From Acidimicrobiales bacterium (lineage in GTDB: Bacteria; Actinomycetota; Acidimicrobiia; Acidimicrobiales; SHLQ01), in NCBI GenBank assembly GCA_965216815.1, contig OZ244202.1, positions 1,233,762 through 1,297,761 of the forward strand: DNA of 64,000 nucleotides, written 5' to 3'. Positions within the stretch are counted from its first letter, which is position 1; each line of letters opens with the position of its first letter. A program made the position numbers and the translations under genes. The notes beneath the pieces are model-generated. The model ran no database searches. It was not told the origin of the DNA and worked only from the letters and a program-made list of their open reading frames with translations. Positions 17,590-24,876 of this stretch are shown one piece after another.

Positions 17590-18009
17590 TCAGTCGGGCC
17601 GGGACTTGTGGATCGAAACCACGCCGTCCTCGCGGCTGACTTGACGGCCGTCGACGAGCCCATCGGTCAGAGACAAGAACCGCTCCTCGGCCTCGCCGTC
17701 GATGTCGTGCACCGGCGAGACCCAGAGCCGGACAACGATTTCGGAGAGGTCGCCGTCGTACTCGATGAATACCTCGTCATCCGGGTCAGCCGAGTCGAGC
17801 AGCATGATCATCGCCTCGTCGAGGGCCAGCCGGAGGTCGTCGATTGTGCGGAGGGGAAACCCGAGCCGAAGTGCGATCGACGCTGCACCGATGCGCGCGA
17901 GCCGCGCGTATCCCGGTCTCGCGGGGAGACGCATCGAGACGACATCACTCCCTGTCGACCTTTCCGGGCGTAGCACCGCACCAGGATGGCATGCGATGAG
18001 ATGCTTCAC
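17590..18009 (-). CDS. hypothetical protein (possible anti-sigma-regulatory-factor-like fold)
   Basis: ORF 17590..18009. GTG at 18009 overlaps the ligase stop (GTGA). 'MRLPARPGYARLARIGAASIALRLGF...IDDLRLALDEA' resembles the N-terminus of RsbW-like HATPase domains, but no ATP-binding boxes were seen. Confidence 0.45.
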   Translation of the reverse strand: MKHLIACHPGAVLRPERSTGSDVVSMRLPARPGYARLARIGAASIALRLGFPLRTIDDLRLALDEAMIMLLDSADPDDEVFIEYDGDLSEIVVRLWVSPVHDIDGEAEERFLSLTDGLVDGRQVSREDGVVSIHKSRPD

Positions 18010-18950
18010 GCAGGTTCGGTGTGATCGAATCGGACCTCGGCCGGTCGCTTGTCGTCTCGCAGCCCGAGGAGGACGGCATGGCGTAGCCGTCGATCGGGGG
18101 TGAGTTCGGCGAAGTCGACCTCGACGACGAAGGGTTGCGCGATCCAGATGGCGTCGGGCTCGCTTTCGGCGCCCAGCGGCAGGGCGTCATCGGAGCGTTC
18201 GGCGAGGCGCGCGCCGATCGAGCGGAGAAGGCGGTCGTCGAACCCCGACCCGACCCGACCACAACACCGGAGGTCGTCGTCGAAGCGGGTAGCCAGCACG
18301 AGCGAGCCAACCGTGCCACTGCGCTCTCCGGCACCGGGTGTGTAGCCGACCGCCACGAACTCCTGACGCCGTGTCAGCTTCACCTTGATCCACTGTCGTG
18401 AGCGACGACCGCTCTGATAGGTGCTCGAACCGAGCTTTGCAAGCACGCCCTCGAGCCCCTGAGAGGCCGCGGACTTCAATAGCGCGCCGCCGTCCTTACC
18501 CACCTCGGTCGTCAGCCAGGAAGGGCCGTCGTCGAGCACTGCGTCCAGGCCGCCGCGGCGGTCGTCGAAGGGCAGACGACGGATGTCGTTGCCGTCGAGC
18601 ATCAACAGATCGAAAACGAGGTACACCACAGGGTTGGCGACGACATCGTCGCGGCTGGCATGGCGGTGCATTCGCGCCTGGAGGCGAGCGAAGCTGGGTC
18701 GGCCGGTTCGTTCGTCCATCGCGACAAGCTCGCCGTCGAACACGGCGTCGAGCCCGACTTGTTCGTGGAGCAGCTCGAGCTCAGGGAAACCCGCGGTGAT
18801 GTCGCGCCCGTTGCTCGACCATGCGGTTACTCCGTCGTCGTCGATGCCGACGATCGCCCGCATGCCGTCCCATTTCAGCTCGAACCGCCAGTCGTCGCCC
18901 AGCGGCAGCGGTCCGCTCGTCGCGCGCATGGGTGCGATCGGTTCGAGCAC
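18006..18950 (-). CDS. ATP-dependent DNA ligase (adenylation + OB domains only)
   Basis: ORF 18006..18950. Motif I 'ELKWDGMR', plus 'FDGELV', 'LVFDLL', 'EGVLAK', 'WIKVK'. Confidence 0.85.
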   Translation of the reverse strand: MLEPIAPMRATSGPLPLGDDWRFELKWDGMRAIVGIDDDGVTAWSSNGRDITAGFPELELLHEQVGLDAVFDGELVAMDERTGRPSFARLQARMHRHASRDDVVANPVVYLVFDLLMLDGNDIRRLPFDDRRGGLDAVLDDGPSWLTTEVGKDGGALLKSAASQGLEGVLAKLGSSTYQSGRRSRQWIKVKLTRRQEFVAVGYTPGAGERSGTVGSLVLATRFDDDLRCCGRVGSGFDDRLLRSIGARLAERSDDALPLGAESEPDAIWIAQPFVVEVDFAELTPDRRLRHAVLLGLRDDKRPAEVRFDHTEPA

Positions 18951-18997
18951 CCGCCTACGGTACTAGCAGCCCGCAGGACCGAAAGGACTGGGAACCG

Positions 18998-19243
18998 GTG
19001 GCGATTCTGATCGACAGAGCACGCTGGCCCGGCCGCGGAACGAAGTGGGCGCACCTCGTGAGCGACGCCGACATCGAGGAGCTTCACGCGTTCGCCGCCG
19101 AAGCCGGCCTGCCGCGAAAGGCGTTCCACGACGACCACTACGACGTGCCGGAGAGGTTCTGGCCCGAGATCGTAGCTGCGGGGGCGAAGGTCGTCGAGAG
19201 TCGTGAAGTCGTGCAGGCGCTGCGCCGCAACGGTCACCGCTGA
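18998..19243 (+). CDS. DUF4031-like small protein
   Basis: GTG at 18998 within ORF 18821..19243, preceded by 'AAAGGA'. Sequence 'WAHLVSD..IEELHAFA...GLPRKAFH.DHYDVP'. Confidence 0.6.
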   Translation: MAILIDRARWPGRGTKWAHLVSDADIEELHAFAAEAGLPRKAFHDDHYDVPERFWPEIVAAGAKVVESREVVQALRRNGHR

Positions 19244-19328
19244 CGACGACCGCTTCCGACCTCAGCAGGTTCAAACAGGCGCCTCGCCGACCGATGGGAG
19301 GACATGAACCCCACCGGTCGAGTGGCAC

Positions 19329-19892
19329 ATGGCTGATGTGTCGGCGGATTCGACCACACATCGCGAGTCCGAGGCGGCGCCACTCGCCACCGGCGCGCGC
19401 GAATCAGCGCGGATGGACGCGCTTGTTCGGGCCCACGCCGCGACCCTCTTCAGGTTCGCAAGATCGATCGTGCACGACGACGGCCTTGCCGAGGACGTGG
19501 TCCAGGAAGCACTCGTCAAGGCTTGGAGGAGGGGCCCGATCGCGGACGACGGGTCGATTCCCCGTGCATGGCTCATGACGGTCACACGAAACACCGCGAT
19601 CTCGATGCTCCGGGCGCGCCGCGACCTGCCGCTCGGGCCCGACGACCTTCCCGAACAGGCGGCACCGCACGATACCGACCGGACCGTCGAGGGCAGGGAC
19701 GCTGTCGAGCGGCTCGAATCGGTTCTCACGGCCCTCGACGAGGAAGCGAGAACTCTGATTCTGTTGCGAGAGGTCGATGGCCTCTCCTACGACGACCTCG
19801 CCGAGATGCTCGACATGCCGCTTCCAACGGTGAAGACCCGACTGTTCCGGGCCCGACGACAACTCAAGGCAGCGATGGAGGAATGGCGATGA
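19329..19892 (+). CDS. ECF-type RNA polymerase sigma-70 family factor
   Basis: ORF 19329..19892. Region 2 'DDGLAEDVVQEALVKAWR' and region 4 'LSYDDLAEMLDMPLPTVKTRLFRARRQL'. Confidence 0.85.
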   Translation: MADVSADSTTHRESEAAPLATGARESARMDALVRAHAATLFRFARSIVHDDGLAEDVVQEALVKAWRRGPIADDGSIPRAWLMTVTRNTAISMLRARRDLPLGPDDLPEQAAPHDTDRTVEGRDAVERLESVLTALDEEARTLILLREVDGLSYDDLAEMLDMPLPTVKTRLFRARRQLKAAMEEWR

Positions 19893-20206
19893 TCCGCCGC
19901 ACACACCCCGGCCATGACGATTTGCGTCGCTGGCTCGAAACCGAGAAGCCCGAGCGCGTCGGCGACCACGTGAGTGGCTGCGGTGAATGCATGGCTTATC
20001 TCGAGACCGTCACCGACCTCGAGTCCGATCTGGTGAGCTCCTTGAACCAAGCGTGGTCGGCGCCGATGGGAATCGAGCAACGCACCGCTACCGGAGTCGA
20101 GCACCGCATTCGCCGCGAGGAGACGATGCTCGGATTCCTCGATCTCTTCGCCATTGGAGGCGACGTGTTCCGAACCCTGATCGACGAGGAGCCATTCGAT
20201 GGTTGA
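19883..20206 (+). CDS. zinc-finger (HxxxCxxC, ZAS-type) anti-sigma factor
   Basis: Tail of ORF 19523..20206. ATG at 19883, or at 19889 overlapping the sigma stop. Motif 'HVSGCGEC'. No convincing TM segment. Confidence 0.6.
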   Translation: MAMIRRTHPGHDDLRRWLETEKPERVGDHVSGCGECMAYLETVTDLESDLVSSLNQAWSAPMGIEQRTATGVEHRIRREETMLGFLDLFAIGGDVFRTLIDEEPFDG

Positions 20207-20930
20207 TACCTGGGTACTTGCCACAGGGGCGGTCGTCGTCGGCCTGCTCTCGGGGATCATCGGCGCTGCTCTGATCCGACGGATCTTCGGTCAACGCGGC
20301 GAGGATCGCCCTGAGATGGTCGACGCGGCCCGCGCCGCCGCGCTGTTCGTCTTCTTGTTCTTCAGCGTGATCGGAGTGGTCGTAGCCGTCGGATTGAGCG
20401 ACCGGGACATGCTCGAGACGGTGCCGGCGGACCTCCTCGCGTACTCGCCCCGCATCCTCGCAGCCGGGCTGATATTGATCATCGGACGCGCGGCCGCCCA
20501 CGGTCTCGGTGGAATCGTTGCCCGCGCACTCGACCGCGGGCACAACGAGGGTGTGCAGTTGGCGACGACGGTGCGCTATCTCGTGACCGCAGCAGCTTTC
20601 GTGCTCTCGATCAGCCAGCTCGGCATCGACGCGACGATTCTCTACATCGTCACGGCTGCTGTCGTGTTCGCGATCGCCCTCGCCTTCGCACTGCTCGTCG
20701 GCCTCGGCGGCCGTGAGCTGGGTGTCGACCTCGCGGTCGGTCGCTACATACAACGATCCGTGCAGGTCGGCGACGTGATCCGCGTCGGCGAGATCCGCGG
20801 TCGCGTGGTTGCTCTGCACAAGGCTTCGGTCGAGATCGAGACGGGGCCCGATTCGCGCATGCACGTACGCAACTCGCAGGTGTTCGATGCGGCACCCGAG
20901 GTCACACGGGCAGCTGACCTAACAGGGTGA
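20199..20930 (+). CDS. small mechanosensitive-channel (MscS)-like membrane protein
   Basis: ORF 20199..20930. Overlaps the anti-sigma stop by 8 nt. About 4 TM segments, then an MscS beta-domain-like 'VQVGDVIRVGEIRGRVVALHKASVEIET..DSRMHVRNSQVF'. Confidence 0.6.
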   Translation: MVDTWVLATGAVVVGLLSGIIGAALIRRIFGQRGEDRPEMVDAARAAALFVFLFFSVIGVVVAVGLSDRDMLETVPADLLAYSPRILAAGLILIIGRAAAHGLGGIVARALDRGHNEGVQLATTVRYLVTAAAFVLSISQLGIDATILYIVTAAVVFAIALAFALLVGLGGRELGVDLAVGRYIQRSVQVGDVIRVGEIRGRVVALHKASVEIETGPDSRMHVRNSQVFDAAPEVTRAADLTG

Positions 20931-21075
20931 AATCTGGCGGTCGTGGGTCGTTCGACCTAATTCGCCGATTTCGCGCGACTTCTGGGCCTCTGGAGCGTCA
21001 TACCGGTACACGCCCGATCGGAAAGTGCACAGCTCGGGTGTCACATTTCGGACTGGACTCCCGAACATGCCTCTC

Positions 21076-21106
21076 GATGGGCCGGAACCTCAGGTTCCGG
21101 CCCATC
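21076..21106. terminator. perfect 14-bp hairpin between the MscS-like gene and tRNA-Lys
   Basis: 'GATGGGCCGGAACC tca GGTTCCGGCCCATC'. It lies 26 nt past the 3' end of the minus-strand tRNA. No U-tract on either strand. Confidence 0.4.
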
Positions 21107-21131
21107 GTCGTGTACGCCCGATGAACCGATG

Positions 21132-21204
21132 TAGGCCGCCTGGGGCTCGAACCCAGCACCTTGAGATTAAAAGTCTCCTGCTCTACCCGATGAGCTAGCG
21201 GCCC
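21132..21204 (-). tRNA. tRNA-Lys (anticodon UUU)
   Basis: The reverse complement folds as a cloverleaf: acceptor GGGCCGC/GCGGCCU, D-arm GCTC..GAGC, anticodon loop CTTTTAA, T-arm CTGGG-TTCGAGC-CCCAG. CCA is not encoded. Confidence 0.9.
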
Positions 21205-21271
21205 ACGCAGAAGGGTACACGTGGGCCACACCCACCTCCTGCGACGATCGGAGCAGGGGTGAGTCACGTAA

Positions 21272-22248
21272 CCTATTTCGGCGGACGTCGATCCCAACGT
21301 CGACGTGCCGGCCGACCAGTGGCAGGACGATCACATCACGGTGCCTGCTACGGTGTGGCCAGCACCGCTGGGGCGCTCGGAACGATGAACGTCTACCGCA
21401 GCGATGGTTCGAGCCAGACGATCGGACCGCTCGCAGCGGGAGCATCGACACGCGTCCTTGGCTCTGCGGACCGCCAGGGCAACGGCACGGCGGTGAGGGC
21501 CACCGGTATGACACAAGAGTCGGGCGCGATCCAGCAGGCCGACAGCGACGGCGGTGAATCGACGACCTTCCTTCCGACGGCGCTTCTCGACTCCCAGTAT
21601 TACCTGCCGTCGAACTCACAGTACGTGGCGTTCTCCTGTCCGACGTCGATGACGATCTACGTGGGGGCCGCGGCGGTGCCCTGCAATTCGCCGGCGGTCG
21701 GACACCCCGGTCATGGGCACAAGTCTGGCGGCGGCCTTGGTGCGGGCACCGAGATCCGCCGTCGACCGGCAAGCCGTTCTTCGCCCACTACGAAGATGCA
21801 GCAACGAACGACGGGACCAATCTGCTCGGCATGAACGTCTTCCGTGATCCGCTGGCCACGTCGGTGTCGACATCGATGGCACAGCGCGAAGGCCTCTATC
21901 CGACGGGCGGGCTGTTGGGCATTTGGACGAGCGCCGACATCGACACAAACGCAACCGGCAGCGGGATCTTCGGGTTGCTCGCCCACTACGCGGCGCTCGC
22001 CCCGGGAACCAGCATCATGTACCGGGTCGTATCGGCGCCCGATAGGCCAGTCTCGTCACCGCGGCGTCGTCGGACCCGACGGCACGCCGGCGACGTTCTA
22101 TGACCCGGGTGGGGTCGGTGAGCCGTTCGCCTACGGGCTCGACACCACGGCGCAGTGGCTGAGGGTCGAGGCCTATCTCGCTACGACCAACGCCTTCAAC
22201 ACACCCAGGCTCGAGATCGTCAGCGTGGGGCCGACCTCGTCGAAATGA
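21272..22248 (+). pseudogene. putative disrupted gene: coding signal hops between three frames and there is no start codon at its 5' end
   Basis: Protein-like stretches appear in three frames. Frame 2 (21272-21388) gives 'ADVDPNVDVPADQWQDDHITVPATVWPAP'. Frame 1 (21385 to ~21760) gives 'MNVYRSDGSSQTIGPLAAG...YYLPSNSQYVAFSCPTSMTIYVG'. Frame 3 (~21765 to ~22050) gives 'GKPFFAHYEDAATNDGTNLLGMNVFRDPLATSV...IMYRVVSAPD'. Frame 1 (~22060-22248) gives 'GPDGTPATFYDPGGVGEPFAYGLDTTAQWLRVEAYL...RLEIVSVG'. Each annotated ORF ends in an R/S/T/P-rich off-frame-looking tail. Confidence 0.35.
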
Positions 22249-22613
22249 CCTCGAATCCCTCACCTGTTCCGATCACCGGCGGCGCCGACTTCGACGAGTG
22301 GCTAGTGCGGGCATGGACCGACGACGCATCGCTCGCGGGCGCGTCCGCCAACTACGCGCTCGCGGCGCACTCGGGACTGTCGGCGGGATCGAAGGCGGAG
22401 GTCACCACCGACCACCCGGCCAGCCAGATCGAGATCTCGGGGGGACTGGTCACCATCCCGGCGGGGCCGATGTTCGCCACGGCGTCGGGGCCACACTCGG
22501 TGCGAGCCGCGGGCAAGACCATGTCGGGCGTCAGCCTGGACGTTGTCTTCGAGGCGGATCTGACCGCGACCTTGCCCTTCGTGCAGCACCGTTTCAGCTT
22601 CGCCATCACCTGA
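22245..22613 (+). CDS. hypothetical protein
   Basis: ATG at 22245 overlaps the preceding stop (ATGA); within ORF 22155..22613. Composition is coding-like. No family recognised. Confidence 0.5.
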   Translation: MTSNPSPVPITGGADFDEWLVRAWTDDASLAGASANYALAAHSGLSAGSKAEVTTDHPASQIEISGGLVTIPAGPMFATASGPHSVRAAGKTMSGVSLDVVFEADLTATLPFVQHRFSFAIT

Positions 22614-22644
22614 CACAGCGCGCCGGGCCGTTAGCCTCGTCGCC

Positions 22645-22821
22645 GTGATCGACGCCACCGACCCCTCGCACGAGCCCGACACCGACTCTGCCGAGGCTGA
22701 CGCGCTCGAAGCCGACATCAATCTCGTCGATGCTGCTATGCGCCACCTCGTCGACGGCGACCTCGACGCCGCCGAAGCCGCGCTCGCCGGCCTCGACCGC
22801 GTAAGTGAAACTTTGGTCTGA
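22645..22821 (+). CDS. candidate 58-aa acidic protein whose last 6 codons and stop lie in the 33-bp-family repeat
   Basis: GTG at 22645 gives 'VIDATDPSHEPDTDSAEADALEADINLVDAAMRHLVDGDLDAAEAALAGLDRVSETLV*'. Strong GC3 bias. No obvious SD. Below the 60-aa cut-off of the ORF track. Confidence 0.3.
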   Translation: MIDATDPSHEPDTDSAEADALEADINLVDAAMRHLVDGDLDAAEAALAGLDRVSETLV

Positions 22822-22880
22822 CACCGGGGTCGCCAAATCTGGCCGCGTAAGTGAAACTTTGGTCTGACACCGGGGTCGCG
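22803..22880. repeat. two copies (46-bp period) of 'AAGTGAAACTTTGGTCTGACACCGGGGTCGC', the inverse of the 9151-9216 unit
   Basis: The copies are 22803-22833 and 22849-22880, each preceded by 'CCGCGT'. They are the reverse complement of the unit at 9151-9216. They lie between the convergent small ORF and the histidine phosphatase gene. Confidence 0.9.
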
Positions 22881-22886
22881 TGGCCG

Positions 22887-23483
22887 CTACAAGATGTCGG
22901 GTGCTTGGGCGGTCAGCTCGTCCGGGTCGACGAGGATGACTCGATCACCTAGGTGTGGGGTCCCGTCGGACCAGTGGACCCATCGGGACCCGAGGTTCGG
23001 GATGCGCTCGAACTCTGCACCCAGCCAGCCCTCGGTCGCGTAGATCACACCTCCGTGGCATACGACGATCACCGTCTCGCACGCCGATCGCGCCACGATG
23101 CGTTCGAGCGCTCCTCGGGTACGGGCGAGAAAAGAGTGATCGTCCTCGTAGCCGGGCGGTCGTCTCCCGTCGGCCAGATATCCGGGCCACTCGACTTCGA
23201 TCTCCGGCCGGGTCATCCCCGACCATGCTCCGGCATCGCGCTCGACCAACGCCGGCTCGATCTCGACCGGCCCGATGCCTAGTTCGTTCGCGATGATCGA
23301 AGCGGTCTCGTGGGCGCGAACGAGCGGCGAGGCGACGAGCGCGTCGACCGCACCCAGTGCTCGGGCAGCGTGGGCGGCCTGGAGTCGTCCCAGATCGGTG
23401 AGAGGCGGGTCGGCTCGGCCCTGCCAACGGCCCGCGGCATTCCATTCGGACTCGCCGTGTCGTATCAGAAGCAGGTCGGTCAC
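22887..23483 (-). CDS. histidine phosphatase (phosphoglycerate mutase-like) family protein
   Basis: ORF 22887..23483. Motif 'LLLIRHGESEWNAAGRWQGRADPPLT' (RHG catalytic motif). Confidence 0.85.
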   Translation of the reverse strand: MTDLLLIRHGESEWNAAGRWQGRADPPLTDLGRLQAAHAARALGAVDALVASPLVRAHETASIIANELGIGPVEIEPALVERDAGAWSGMTRPEIEVEWPGYLADGRRPPGYEDDHSFLARTRGALERIVARSACETVIVVCHGGVIYATEGWLGAEFERIPNLGSRWVHWSDGTPHLGDRVILVDPDELTAQAPDIL

Positions 23484-23548
23484 GGCGCATGACGGTAGCG
23501 GACCGCGCTCATGGACCCATTCGACAGACCCGGGCGTAGAGTCACGTT

Positions 23549-23788
23549 GTGGCTACGTTGCGGCTGTTCGCCGGGATCCGTGAAGCGGCCGGGACGGGTT
23601 CTATAGAGCTCCAGGGCGAGACGGTCGCCGAGGTCATCGACACGGCGCGCGATCGATTCGGTACCGAGTTCTCAGCGATGGTGCAGCTCTGTCGAGTCTG
23701 GCTCAACGGCGAGCCGGCCGAGCCCGGCGACGCGGTGGGACCCGACGACGAAGTTGCGTTGCTCCCACCGGTTTCGGGAGGTGCGTGA
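23549..23788 (+). CDS. MoaD/ThiS-family ubiquitin-like sulfur carrier
   Basis: ORF 23549..23788, 79 aa. 'MATLRLFAGIREAAG...' ends in 'PPVSGGA', i.e. Gly-Gly plus one extra residue. Confidence 0.75.
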   Translation: MATLRLFAGIREAAGTGSIELQGETVAEVIDTARDRFGTEFSAMVQLCRVWLNGEPAEPGDAVGPDDEVALLPPVSGGA

Positions 23789-23791
23789 AGG

Positions 23792-24187
23792 TCAGCCGGC
23801 CGCCGCTACCACGGTCAGGGTCGCTTCCATGCCTGCCTCGCGATGGCCGGCGATCGAGCAATAGATGACGTAGTCACCCTCGGGGAGGTCGATGCTTCCG
23901 GTGTCGGTGTCGCCGGCCACCTCGAGCAGGAGCTCGTCCTCGTATCCTTCGATGAGCAGGTCGTGCGGCACGGTTCCGTCGTGGACGTATTCGATCTCGA
24001 TCGTCCCGGCGGTGGCCTTGTAGGCGTCCTTGTCGAAGTCGAGCGAATCGAGCGCATCGATCGTGAGAGCGTTGCCTGGTTCGTCACCGCCATCTCCTCC
24101 GTCATCGTCGCCGCCGCAACCGGGCAAGAGCGCGAGCGCAAGGACGGCGCCAAGCGCCATGGAAACGAACTTCTTGTTGGAGAACAC
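23792..24187 (-). CDS. cupredoxin (type-1 blue copper, plastocyanin/azurin-like) lipoprotein
   Basis: GTG at 24187 within ORF 23792..24253, preceded by 'AGAGG'. Lipobox 'LALLPGCGG'. Copper ligands H in 'VPHDL' and C/H/M in 'YCSIAGHREAGM'. Confidence 0.75.
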   Translation of the reverse strand: MFSNKKFVSMALGAVLALALLPGCGGDDDGGDGGDEPGNALTIDALDSLDFDKDAYKATAGTIEIEYVHDGTVPHDLLIEGYEDELLLEVAGDTDTGSIDLPEGDYVIYCSIAGHREAGMEATLTVVAAAG

Positions 24188-24321
24188 GGGAACCTCTTCG
24201 GTGTCGCTGTCGGAAGCCAACGCTACCGCCGATCGTCGGCCCTGCCGGGCCACGGCGGGGTCGCGCTACCCTTCGGTTCGGTCGATCACCGGCATCTCTC
24301 GAGCCGATCCCCGGAGGGAAG

Positions 24322-24876
24322 ATGACTCCCGACATCGAAGTCACGACGGCGAAAGCCTTCTCCTCGGATCTCGAGGACCTCGAGACCTCCGAGGTCCGCA
24401 GCCGGCGGTCTCTGGCTCAGCAGGTCGAGAACGCCACGTCGTTTGTCCGGAGGCTCGCTCAGGGCCGCCTCGATATCGTCGCCGCCGAGCTCGCACGTCG
24501 TGCGTCGAGCGGCGAGGTCGGCGATCTGGCCGAGCTCATCGGTCAACTACCGGACATACTCTCGGACGGACCCGCGGGCGGCTCTGGCGCGGCGCCGGCC
24601 GCCGGTGCTCGTCCACCGCTGGAGCTCGAGCCCGACCGCGGCGTCGTCGCCGATCTCAGCGCTCAGCTCGACGCCATCTGTCCGATGGGCGACGTCTCCG
24701 TGTTGACCGAGCTCGGTGACCCTGCGCTCGCATCGATGCGAGACCAGGTAGCGGCGTTCGAGCAGGACGTTTCGTTCGTGCGTCGCCAGCTCCACGACGT
24801 GATCGCTGCGCTCCAGGCTGAGATCACGCGTCGATACATGTCGGGTGAAGAGAGCGTGGAGTCCCTGTTGTCGTGA
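24322..24876 (+). CDS. RsiG-like helical protein carrying a c-di-GMP-binding E(X)3S(X)2R(X)3Q(X)3D motif
   Basis: ORF 24322..24876. 'ENATSFVRRLAQGRLD' (nt 24427-24474) matches the motif exactly. 'EQDVSFVRRQLHD' (from nt 24760) keeps only E, S and R. Confidence 0.6.
   Translation: MTPDIEVTTAKAFSSDLEDLETSEVRSRRSLAQQVENATSFVRRLAQGRLDIVAAELARRASSGEVGDLAELIGQLPDILSDGPAGGSGAAPAAGARPPLELEPDRGVVADLSAQLDAICPMGDVSVLTELGDPALASMRDQVAAFEQDVSFVRRQLHDVIAALQAEITRRYMSGEESVESLLS

Noticed and set aside
20931-21075. Short similarity ('AAATCTGGC', 'GGTGTCA') to the spacer or core of the 33-bp repeat locus.
   Set aside because: The matches are 7-9 nt only, too short to separate from chance in this composition.
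21132-22613. Integrative element or prophage remnant at tRNA-Lys.
   Set aside because: No integrase, excisionase or phage-like genes, and no duplicated tRNA 3' segment (att) was seen. The odd ORFs lie on the 5' side of the tRNA rather than the usual 3' integration side.
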